A stretch of DNA of 64,000 nucleotides from an uncultured Clostridia bacterium. GTDB taxonomy: Bacteria > Bacillota > Clostridia > Christensenellales > UBA1242. The notes beneath the pieces were generated by a model. The model made no database searches, had not been told where the DNA came from, and worked only from the letters and a program-made list of their open reading frames with translations. Position numbers and translations under genes: made by a program. The stretch covers positions 66,280-130,279 of the forward strand of contig CAKVOP010000001.1 of NCBI GenBank assembly GCA_934793215.1, read 5' to 3'. Shown piece after piece: positions 38,129 to 46,350 of the stretch (position 1 is its first letter; each line of letters opens with the position of its first letter).

Positions 38129-38434
38129 TTAAATGCAGTCCCTGCTTATACTTGATGACAACAAATATCCAGCAAGGAAGAAAAGTGTTGACTTTGGAAA
38201 TGAAAATTGTACGCAGTCACATTTTCTTTCATGTTCTGGGCAACAGCCTCCGCAAGGAGGATATGGCTGTGGACAAGGCGGAAATTGTGGAGGGTAAGGA
38301 ATGTTCCAAGGTGGAATAGATGTGCAAGGGGACAAGCAAGGAGAAGTACAATGGGGAATGCATGGATTCTGTCCGCAACAATAGTTAGGACGCAAAGACA
38401 CGCATTTGCCCATACGATAAGGACAAGTTTTCAT
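38129..38434 (-). CDS. small Cys/Pro-rich protein (candidate spore coat/exosporium component)
   Basis: AAAGGAG RBS and its own terminator. 101 aa with 15 Cys and many Pro (CIPHCTSPCLSPCTS, PPCPQPYPPCGGCCP). Confidence 0.6.
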   Translation of the reverse strand: MKTCPYRMGKCVSLRPNYCCGQNPCIPHCTSPCLSPCTSIPPWNIPYPPQFPPCPQPYPPCGGCCPEHERKCDCVQFSFPKSTLFFLAGYLLSSSISRDCI

Positions 38435-38490
38435 AATTGCTCCTTTTAAAGTAATATACTTTGATTTTGCCTCGTAAAATATAAGGATTT

Positions 38491-39525
38491 ATGTTTTATG
38501 CTTTTTTGGCTATTGTAGGGGGAGTCATTGGTTCTGGATTTATAACCGGCAAAGAAATTGCCGTGTTTTTTGCTAGAAATGGCCTTTTTGCCTTTGTAGG
38601 TGCCATTTTTTCAACGATTTTTTTCTTTTTTCTTTTTAAATACTTTCTTTTTCACGGAGAAAAAGTAGCTTCGCTTCTTGCTTCCTCAAAAATGTTTTTG
38701 TTTATCTCGATTTTGCTAAATGTAATTTTGTCAGCATCGATGATAGCAGGGATTGTTGACATATCTTGTGAGGCTGGGGAAATGGCATCTTTAATTATTA
38801 TCATAACGCTTATTTCTTGTCTTTTTGTTTTTAAAAAGGGAATAAGAGCTCTTGACAATTTCAATATGGCGTTGGTGCCTTTAATGATTGTAGTGTTTGT
38901 TATCATCTTTTTACCAAAAATTTCTTTAAATTTTCATTTCGCGAAGGGTGGTATAATCTCATCTTTGTGGTTTAGCATTCTTTATACTGTGCTAAATATT
39001 GCCAATATGACCTTGCTTCTTTCCTCACTTGGAGCGAAATTAAGAAAAAAGCAGAAAACGCAAGTGGCTTTTTGGGCAACACTTGCGCTTGGAATCCTGC
39101 TTCTTTTAGTAGTGGCAGTTTTACTTCAAAATCAATCAGTTATAGGGCAAGATATGCCACTTCTTTCCTTGGTAAATTCATGGCAAAAGGTGGTAATGAG
39201 CGGGCTCATCTTCCTTGGAAGCGTAACCTCACTTTTTTCATTCGTATATGCAAGTTCATCATCTTTAAGAGGGCTGAACAAAAATGAAATGATAAACTTT
39301 TTTCTTTCAATTCTTTTGCCACTTATTATAAGTTTTTTGGGATTTGGGTTTATCGTGACATATATTTACCCGCTTGCAAGTGTTCTTGGCATCTTGCTTC
39401 TTGGAATGATTTTTTTGCCTCGATTATTTTTTAACCCTTTTCTCAAATATGCCAACAAGAAGATACATTCCTCCTGCAAGCGCGCAAAGCAAAATGATAC
39501 TGGTCATGACGATGTCAAGTTTTAA
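38491..39525 (+). CDS. YkvI-family membrane protein (APC-superfamily-like permease)
   Basis: N-terminal GGVIGSGFITGKEIAVFF matches the remembered YkvI motif G.GFA.GQEI..FF, with about 10 TM helices. The last 34 codons overlap the convergent permease gene. Confidence 0.6.
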   Translation: MFYAFLAIVGGVIGSGFITGKEIAVFFARNGLFAFVGAIFSTIFFFFLFKYFLFHGEKVASLLASSKMFLFISILLNVILSASMIAGIVDISCEAGEMASLIIIITLISCLFVFKKGIRALDNFNMALVPLMIVVFVIIFLPKISLNFHFAKGGIISSLWFSILYTVLNIANMTLLLSSLGAKLRKKQKTQVAFWATLALGILLLLVVAVLLQNQSVIGQDMPLLSLVNSWQKVVMSGLIFLGSVTSLFSFVYASSSSLRGLNKNEMINFFLSILLPLIISFLGFGFIVTYIYPLASVLGILLLGMIFLPRLFFNPFLKYANKKIHSSCKRAKQNDTGHDDVKF

Positions 39526-40242
39526 TATTTGACTGCCGTAGTTGATAAGGTATCCAAGCCCTGCTTGCGATGAAAGGTATTCACCCATAATTGTGCCAAC
39601 CCAACTCATTCCAACATTAATCTTTAAAACGCTAACAAAGTCGGGAAGAGCAGATGGAAGCACCAGTTTAAAGAATATCTGTGCTTTGCTTGCGTGCATT
39701 GATTTCATAAGCAAAATTTTATCTTTGTCACATGAAATGAATGCGTTTAGAGTGGAAATAATTGTTATAATAACGCAAATTAAAACGCACATAACAATCG
39801 TCGCACCAGTTCCAGAGCCTACCCAGAATATAATCATAGGCCCGAGGGCAATTTTCGGAAGGGAATTTAGAATGACAAGATAAGGCTCTAAAACTTTTCG
39901 CAAATTCTCACTCCACCATAGTGCAACGGCAATAACAAAGCCAATAGCAGAAGCAAGCAAAAATCCAATTATGGTTTCATACAGTGAAGTCCAGATATGA
40001 ATCCAAAGGTTGTTTTGACTGGCAAGAGCACCAATACAAGAACATATTCTAGAAGGACTTGAAAAGAAAAATGGGTCTAAAACTTCAACACTTGAAAGAA
40101 GTTCCCAAATCCCGAGGAAAATCAAGAAAAGAGCAATTCGCCAAAAAATAACCCAAAATTTATTCTTTTTTACATTTTTCAAATAAATTTGGCGTGCTTT
40201 TGAAAAATTATTCTTTTTTTGCTTCAACATAAATCTCTCCAA
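39424..40242 (-). CDS. ABC transporter permease, NitT/TauT (SsuC-like) family
   Basis: BPD_transp_1-type membrane protein with six TM helices. An alternative start at 40230 is possible. Overlaps the ATPase gene's end. Confidence 0.8.
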   Translation of the reverse strand: MERFMLKQKKNNFSKARQIYLKNVKKNKFWVIFWRIALFLIFLGIWELLSSVEVLDPFFFSSPSRICSCIGALASQNNLWIHIWTSLYETIIGFLLASAIGFVIAVALWWSENLRKVLEPYLVILNSLPKIALGPMIIFWVGSGTGATIVMCVLICVIITIISTLNAFISCDKDKILLMKSMHASKAQIFFKLVLPSALPDFVSVLKINVGMSWVGTIMGEYLSSQAGLGYLINYGSQILKLDIVMTSIILLCALAGGMYLLVGIFEKRVKK

Positions 40243-40979
40243 ATTTTTTCAAATAGCGTTCCAAATTTTTTGTCCTCTCGTTTTTTGAGAGGGCTTTTTT
40301 GTGGAAAAGACAAGAGGACTTCTTCTTTGACGGACGCAGGTCTCGATGACAAAATGATAACTTTATCGGACATGCTTAACGCTTCCGAAATGTCATGTGT
40401 GACAAGGAGCGCTGTTTTTTCTTCCGTTTTTATAATGTCATACACATCATCGCAGACTTTTAGCCTCGTTTGAAAATCAAGGGCTGAAAAAGGTTCGTCT
40501 AAAAGTAAAAGAGTCGGCTCCATAACCAAAGTTCTAATCAGTGCAACTCTTTGCCTCATGCCTCCGCTAAGCTGTCGAGGCTTTTTGTTTATAAAGTTGT
40601 AAAGGTCATACTTTTTTAGCAGCGAAAGGGCAAATTCTTTCTTTTTCTCGTCTTTTGAAAGTTTGTTAATTTCAAGACCAAGGGTGACATTTTGCCAAAT
40701 AGTTCTCCACTCAAAGAGGTGGTCTTTTTGGAACATGTATCCTATTTTTTCATCGTTTTGTTTTATCTTTTCTCCGCCAAGCAAAATTTCTCCGCTCGAT
40801 GGCGTCAAGAGTCCAGCAATGAGTGAAAGAATTGTAGTTTTTCCACAACCACTTGGCCCCACTAGTGAAGAAAAACTCTTTTCTTCAAGAGAAAAATTAA
40901 TATTGTCAAGCGCCTTTATCTCGCTTTCTTTTGTTTGATAGAAAAAAGAAACATTTTTCATCTCTAGTAAGTTGTTCAT
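40224..40979 (-). CDS. ABC transporter ATP-binding protein, NitT/TauT (SsuB-like) family
   Basis: Walker A GPSGCGKTT, signature LSGGMRQRV, Walker B LLLLDEPFSALD and the family-typical YMFQKDHLFEW. Confidence 0.9.
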   Translation of the reverse strand: MNNLLEMKNVSFFYQTKESEIKALDNINFSLEEKSFSSLVGPSGCGKTTILSLIAGLLTPSSGEILLGGEKIKQNDEKIGYMFQKDHLFEWRTIWQNVTLGLEINKLSKDEKKKEFALSLLKKYDLYNFINKKPRQLSGGMRQRVALIRTLVMEPTLLLLDEPFSALDFQTRLKVCDDVYDIIKTEEKTALLVTHDISEALSMSDKVIILSSRPASVKEEVLLSFPQKSPLKKREDKKFGTLFEKIWRDLC

Positions 40980-41113
40980 TGTTTGACCTCTACAATATCA
41001 GTCTAGCAAAAGGCGGAGGTGATTGTGACAACTTTTCAAAATTTTTGGCAGTAAAGGTGGAAAAGCGTGAAGTGGCAAGGGTATAATGTTGCCAAACTCA
41101 AAAAGGGGAACAG

Positions 41114-41404
41114 ATGGAAGAGGAGGACATGATAAAAAAAGCCTTGCTTAAAAAGGCACTAGGCTATGATGCAGACGATGTTGTAAAAGAGTACACAGGC
41201 GGTGAAGATGGTGACATTGTGCTAGCCAAAAAGAAAGTCACCACAAAGCATTATGCACCTGACGTGTCAGCGGTAAAACTGCTTCTTGACAGATACTATA
41301 AAACTTATAAAGAAATCGTGGACGAAATGACAGATGAAGCCCTGGAAGAGGAAAAGAATAGACTTGAAAAACTTATTAAGGAGGAAGAAGATGGAACTTC
41401 ATGA
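41114..41404 (+). CDS. small-terminase core-like protein lacking an N-terminal HTH
   Basis: KKALGYDADDVVKEY..GEDGDIVLAKKKVTTKHYAPDVSAVKLLLDRY resembles, from memory, the oligomerisation core of SPP1 G1P-type TerS (IALGQEKEQV...THVEVSAKDRIKALELLGK). An in-frame stop lies 8 codons upstream. Confidence 0.4.
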   Translation: MEEEDMIKKALLKKALGYDADDVVKEYTGGEDGDIVLAKKKVTTKHYAPDVSAVKLLLDRYYKTYKEIVDEMTDEALEEEKNRLEKLIKEEEDGTS

Positions 41405-41627
41405 GTGTAATCATTTTTGCAAATGCGACTTTAATGGCTGTAATAACAGAGCAAAGTATACTTTCTCATGTGGTGGGAACATCAGGCGTGATCTTTGCTT
41501 TTGTGAAGAATGTTTGAAGGGAATGTATAACGAAATATCCAAAATGTTCGTGCCAAAAGCGATCAAAAGTCCATTTAAGATAAATCAAAGATTAAGGAGA
41601 GAAGATGAAAGAAGAAAAGATTGTTAA
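41391..41627 (+). CDS. Cys-rich (zinc-ribbon-like) small protein
   Basis: AAGGAGG RBS. MELHECNHFCKCDFNGCNN...CGG...CFCEECLKG followed by a basic tail. Overlaps both neighbouring genes. Confidence 0.55.
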   Translation: MELHECNHFCKCDFNGCNNRAKYTFSCGGNIRRDLCFCEECLKGMYNEISKMFVPKAIKSPFKINQRLRREDERRKDC

Positions 41628-43446
41628 AGAAGTCCTTGACGACTTTAAGAAACGCGCCGAAGAGCGCAAAAGTTTTGACCTCATTTGGCAGATAAACTCT
41701 AACTTTTTAATGGGTAACCAGTACTGTAATGTGGGTTACGGTGGTGAACTCGAAGAGCAAGACCGTCAGTTTTTTTGGCAAGAGAGGGAAGTTTTCAACC
41801 ATATCGCACCAATTTATGACATAAGATTTGCAAAACTATCAAAAGTCAAACCAAACATAAACATCTTGCCTGCGACAAACGAAGAAAAGGACAAGCAAAT
41901 TGCCAAAATTTCAAAGAAAATTTATCAATCTGTGAAAAACAAACTTGAAATAAATGAAAAAGTGAACCAAGCAATAAAATGGAGTGAGGTTTGTGGAACA
42001 GTGTTTTATAAAGTGGGTTGGAACTCAAATATTGGGCAGGTTGTAGGAATTGGTGAAAACGACAAAAAAATCACCTCGGGTGAGGTCGAACTCAGTGTGG
42101 TAAGCCCATTTGAAATTTATCCAGATTCCGCCACTTGTGAAAGTCTTGATGAGTGCCAGAGCATAATTCACGCCAAGGCGTATAAGACCAGTCAAATTAA
42201 ATCAATGTATGGCATCGATGTGAAAGGGCAAGACGTAAATGTGTTCTCGCTTGACGGAGTCAGTGGGTCTGTTGGAGGTCTTGGGTTTAATGGAGCGATG
42301 CCCAAAATTATACAAACCCGCAAAACAGATTCAGCGGTTGTGGTTGAAAGATATGTTCGACCTTGTGCTGAATATCCTAATGGGCGTCTTACCATAGTCG
42401 CTGGCGACAGGCTTGCTTTCGATGGAGATTTGCCATATATGATTAAAGATGACAAGGAGCGGGACTTCCCATTTATTAGACAAACCAGTATCGAGGAGCC
42501 GGGCTGCTTTTGGGGAACTAGTGTAATTGAACGCCTTATTCCTGTGCAAAGAGCCTACAACGCGGTTAAAAATCGCAAACATGAATTTATTAATCGTATT
42601 TCTATGGGAGTACTTTCTGTTGAAGATGGTTCCGTCGACCTTGACAATTTAGAACAAGAGGGGCTATGCCCGGGGAAAGTCTTGGTTTATAGACAGGGGG
42701 CAAAAGAGCCTCAATATCTTCAAAGTGAGGCGATAAGTGGCGAACTTGCAAAGGAAGAAGATGCACTTTTAGAGGAGTTTAACAAAATTAGCGGAGTTAG
42801 TGATATTTTGGGATCGAGCGGAGTTTCAGCAAATATGAGCGGAGTTACGCTTGAGCTCATGATCTCGCAAGACGAAACACGACTTAATGCCTCTGTTGAA
42901 GCAATCAAGATTGCGATGCGTGAAATTGCCAAAAAGATTTTAAAACTTTATAGACAATTTGCGGTTTTCCCACGCCTTGCAAGAATAGTGGGTGAAAATG
43001 GAGATGTGGAAATATTTTATTTCTCGTCAAGTGATATAACAAGCGATGACATAATTGTGGACGATTACGCAGACACCAATCAAACGCTTTCTCAACGAAG
43101 AGAAATGATTTTTAACTTGCTTGAAAATGGAATTTTGACTGACGAGAAAGGAAATCTTACAAACAAAATGAAAACAAAAGTAATGGAGATGCTAGGAATT
43201 GGTGCATGGGAAAGTGCTCAAGACATAAATGAGCTTCACATTAAAAAGGCGGATAAAGAAAACTTCAAACTGCTTGACGGTATTAATTTAAAGCCTAGTG
43301 AAATTGATGACCATGAACTTCACATAAATGAGCATGTGGCTTTTATGCTGGGTGAAGATTTTGAAAAGAAAAAAGCTAAAAATCCAAAAATAGAACAAAT
43401 TTTTTTAGAGCATGTTAAGGCTCACAAGATGATGAAGGAGGAATAA
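41605..43446 (+). CDS. phage portal-like protein
   Basis: 613 aa. N-terminal W..N.NFL.GNQY motif typical of portal families. It sits ahead of the scaffold- and capsid-like genes. AAGGAG RBS. Confidence 0.6.
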   Translation: MKEEKIVKEVLDDFKKRAEERKSFDLIWQINSNFLMGNQYCNVGYGGELEEQDRQFFWQEREVFNHIAPIYDIRFAKLSKVKPNINILPATNEEKDKQIAKISKKIYQSVKNKLEINEKVNQAIKWSEVCGTVFYKVGWNSNIGQVVGIGENDKKITSGEVELSVVSPFEIYPDSATCESLDECQSIIHAKAYKTSQIKSMYGIDVKGQDVNVFSLDGVSGSVGGLGFNGAMPKIIQTRKTDSAVVVERYVRPCAEYPNGRLTIVAGDRLAFDGDLPYMIKDDKERDFPFIRQTSIEEPGCFWGTSVIERLIPVQRAYNAVKNRKHEFINRISMGVLSVEDGSVDLDNLEQEGLCPGKVLVYRQGAKEPQYLQSEAISGELAKEEDALLEEFNKISGVSDILGSSGVSANMSGVTLELMISQDETRLNASVEAIKIAMREIAKKILKLYRQFAVFPRLARIVGENGDVEIFYFSSSDITSDDIIVDDYADTNQTLSQRREMIFNLLENGILTDEKGNLTNKMKTKVMEMLGIGAWESAQDINELHIKKADKENFKLLDGINLKPSEIDDHELHINEHVAFMLGEDFEKKKAKNPKIEQIFLEHVKAHKMMKEE

Positions 43447-44052
43447 ATGGAAGACAGAGAACAACCGACAATGGAACCAGCAAATGTTTTAAACGCAACG
43501 GAGGAAGAAAGTGCTGTGAGTGAGGTCGGCTCTCGCGAAAAAGCAGACCTTGGGAAATTTAAAAGCGTAGAGGATCTTATGGACGCATACAACTCTCTAC
43601 AAAGTGAGTTTACAAGGAAATGCCAACAGCTTAGTCAAACGCTTAAAGATAAAACTGAAATTGAAGTGCCAAAAGAAAGGGAAACCTTTGACGAAGGTAA
43701 GTTTAATGAGTTCCTTGAAGAAAATGACAAGGCCAAAAACTATGCTGATGAGATAAAAAATCTTGTCACACAACAGGGCTCTGCCTCTTATGAGGACGCT
43801 TGGGGCAGAGCTCTTTTAAATCGTATTAAAAGCGACGAGAACTCTTCAAGCGACCCTCTTATTAATCAGTATGTTTTATCTAACGAAGAATTAAAAAACA
43901 AAGTTATCGAAGATTATCTTGAAAGGCTAAAAGGGACAAGCGCCCCTTATGTTATGGCTTCTTCTGGTGGTGAGAGACTTTCAAGCGTAAGCGAGCAAAG
44001 CCCCACCACGCTTGAAGAGGCAAAAGTCCTTACAAGAAAAATGTTTGAATAA
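43447..44052 (+). CDS. scaffolding-like protein (acidic, helical)
   Basis: 201 aa, Glu/Lys-rich with a coiled-coil character. Abuts the portal stop and lies between the portal and capsid genes. Confidence 0.5.
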   Translation: MEDREQPTMEPANVLNATEEESAVSEVGSREKADLGKFKSVEDLMDAYNSLQSEFTRKCQQLSQTLKDKTEIEVPKERETFDEGKFNEFLEENDKAKNYADEIKNLVTQQGSASYEDAWGRALLNRIKSDENSSSDPLINQYVLSNEELKNKVIEDYLERLKGTSAPYVMASSGGERLSSVSEQSPTTLEEAKVLTRKMFE

Positions 44053-44132
44053 TTAGTTTTTTCGACAAAATTTTCGTTAAAAAACATCAAAAAACATGTA
44101 AAAACTATAAAAACGAAGAAAAAGGAGAAAAA

Positions 44133-45356
44133 ATGGTTACTTTACAAACAGCAGATAATGCTTTAAAAAATGTTTATCTTGGAGTTGTTGCAAACCAACT
44201 CAACGTTAAAGCAAACCCACTTCTTGCAAAAATCAAACGCACAAGCAAAGATGTGTGGGGAAAAGAAATTAGAAAACTTGCACCATTTGGAATTAATGGT
44301 GGTGTAGGGGCAGGTGGCGAAACTGACGCTCTTCCAGATGCTTCTGGCAATGGGTATGTTCAATTCGTCAGTGAGCTTAAAAACCTTTATGGTAAAATTG
44401 AGATTTCTGACAAAGCAGTTAGAGCAAGCCAAAATAATATAGGTGCTTTTGTCAATCTATTAACTGATGAAATGGAAGGTCTTGTTAAGGCAAGTGCTTT
44501 CAACCTTGGAAGAATGTTGTACGGAGATGGAACTGGTCTTCTTGCAACAGTTTCTGCCGTTTCAAACAAAACACTTACTTGCGACAAAGTAAACAATCTC
44601 ATTGAAGGAATGCTTGTTGACGTATATTCAACTAGTGGAAAACTTAACACTACTCCACTAAAAATCACTTATGTAGACAGAGTAAATAAAAAGTTTACAT
44701 ACACTGGTACTACAAGCACAATATCTCAAAACTGCAAAGTTTATGTTCAAGGTTCAAAAGATAAAGAAATTTCTGGGCTTGGAAAGATCTTTGATTCAAG
44801 TGCTACTTCTATTTATGGAGTTAGCAAATCGGATAATCCTTGGCTTACTCCATATGTAAGCACAACTGAACAAGAGATTTCTGATATTGTTATCCAACAA
44901 GCGATTGACTTCCTTGATATGAATGTTGACAGCCAAATCAACTTCATTTCTTGTTCAAGCCAAGTTAGACGTGCATATCAAGAATATCTTGGTGCGTATA
45001 GAAGAAATATTGATATCGCAGTTCTTGACGGTGGATACAAAACAATTACTCACAATGGTATTCCTGTTGTTGCAGATAGATTTGTTGATAATGATACAAT
45101 GTATCTTCTTAACACAAATGATTTTACTCTTCATGAACTTTGCGACTGGCAATGGCTCCAAGGTGAGGACGGCAGAATTTTGAAACAAAAAGAAGGCTAT
45201 CCAACATACTCTGCAACCCTTGTTAAATACGCTGAACTTATCTGTGATAAGCCATGCGGACAAGCAAAAATTTCAGGTATTAAGTCAACAGTGACAAATC
45301 CTTTTGCTACAAACTTGACAGTAAATAATAATACTACAACTACACCAACTGAATAA
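44133..45356 (+). CDS. major capsid-like protein
   Basis: 407 aa with a strong AAAGGAG RBS and the expected position after the scaffold gene. Contains a spine-helix-like segment (LTDEMEGLVKASAFNLGRMLYGDGTG). The fold was not verified. Confidence 0.55.
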   Translation: MVTLQTADNALKNVYLGVVANQLNVKANPLLAKIKRTSKDVWGKEIRKLAPFGINGGVGAGGETDALPDASGNGYVQFVSELKNLYGKIEISDKAVRASQNNIGAFVNLLTDEMEGLVKASAFNLGRMLYGDGTGLLATVSAVSNKTLTCDKVNNLIEGMLVDVYSTSGKLNTTPLKITYVDRVNKKFTYTGTTSTISQNCKVYVQGSKDKEISGLGKIFDSSATSIYGVSKSDNPWLTPYVSTTEQEISDIVIQQAIDFLDMNVDSQINFISCSSQVRRAYQEYLGAYRRNIDIAVLDGGYKTITHNGIPVVADRFVDNDTMYLLNTNDFTLHELCDWQWLQGEDGRILKQKEGYPTYSATLVKYAELICDKPCGQAKISGIKSTVTNPFATNLTVNNNTTTTPTE

Positions 45357-45487
45357 TTAAAAATTTATAAGGGCAAAAACTCTTTTTAAGGTAAAATCTT
45401 AAGACTTATTTTAATATTTCAATTATAGGTTTTGATTTTAGCAAAATAGATTTTTTGCCTTTTTAATAAATTTTGGAGGCAAAAATC

Positions 45488-45799
45488 ATGAAAAATCTTT
45501 TAATTATTGAAGGTGACACCTTTTTTATAAATGAAAGACTTAAAGAGATTGACAGAGATTACTATGTTGTTTTCAATCTTGAAAAACAAAAATACGAAGT
45601 TCATGTACATGGACAGGCAGGTAATAGTTATGCTTTTACATTACCCTTTGATAGCCTTGACGAGCGAGCACTTTTGTTTGCTCAAAAAACTCGCATAGAA
45701 AATATGGATAAAATTTTAGAAGAGATTGAAAGAGATAACGAGCAGTCTTATGAACGCCTCATAAAACAGCAGATGAATTTATTGAAGGAGATAATATGA
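45488..45799 (+). CDS. hypothetical protein in the head module
   Basis: GGAGG RBS at 45475-45479. 103 aa. Stop overlaps the next start. Confidence 0.5.
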   Translation: MKNLLIIEGDTFFINERLKEIDRDYYVVFNLEKQKYEVHVHGQAGNSYAFTLPFDSLDERALLFAQKTRIENMDKILEEIERDNEQSYERLIKQQMNLLKEII

Positions 45800-46350
45800 A
45801 AGTAAAAGATATAATCATTTTAGCACTAGATTTTTGTCACGAAGACAGTCTTGCATCACTTTTGAGAACTCAAGAACCAAGTTTGACTGACGAACAGCAA
45901 GAAAAAGTAAACGCTATGACAAGGTGTTTCAACCTTGTTTATGAAGAATTGTCAAGTCAATATCTTCCAATAATCAAAACCGAAACTGTAAGTACTAGTG
46001 ATGGGAAAGTGCTCTTTTCAAGTTTGTCTCAAAAAGTTTTAGATATTGTGGAGGTAAAAAATTCTCATGGCAGAAGAATTAAATTTAGAAAGTTTGATTC
46101 TTACCTTTTTGCCCTTGCTAGCGAAGTGACAGTGTCATATAAAACCATTCCAGCCACGCTTACCGATTCTGGAGAATTTTCTTGCCCATTGCCAGAAAGA
46201 ATTTTTGCGTATGGTGTTGCTAGAGAGTTTTTCTATTTGCTTGGTGCGAGTGACGAGGCTGAAATTTATGATAATCGCTTTAAAGACAGCCTTCTTGTTT
46301 TGCTTGGTAAGTCAAAAGAGATAGTAATGCCCGCGAGGGGGTGGATTTAA
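45796..46350 (+). CDS. hypothetical structural protein (candidate head-tail adaptor/head completion)
   Basis: 184 aa with an AAGGAG RBS. The call rests on position and size only. Confidence 0.4.
   Translation: MKVKDIIILALDFCHEDSLASLLRTQEPSLTDEQQEKVNAMTRCFNLVYEELSSQYLPIIKTETVSTSDGKVLFSSLSQKVLDIVEVKNSHGRRIKFRKFDSYLFALASEVTVSYKTIPATLTDSGEFSCPLPERIFAYGVAREFFYLLGASDEAEIYDNRFKDSLLVLLGKSKEIVMPARGWI

Noticed and set aside
40980-41113. Search for attachment-site direct repeats between the left (40980-41113) and right (48450-48738) borders of the phage-like island
   Set aside because: By eye, only a 7-nt match (acaactt) is shared, which is not significant. A computational repeat search would be needed to be definitive.
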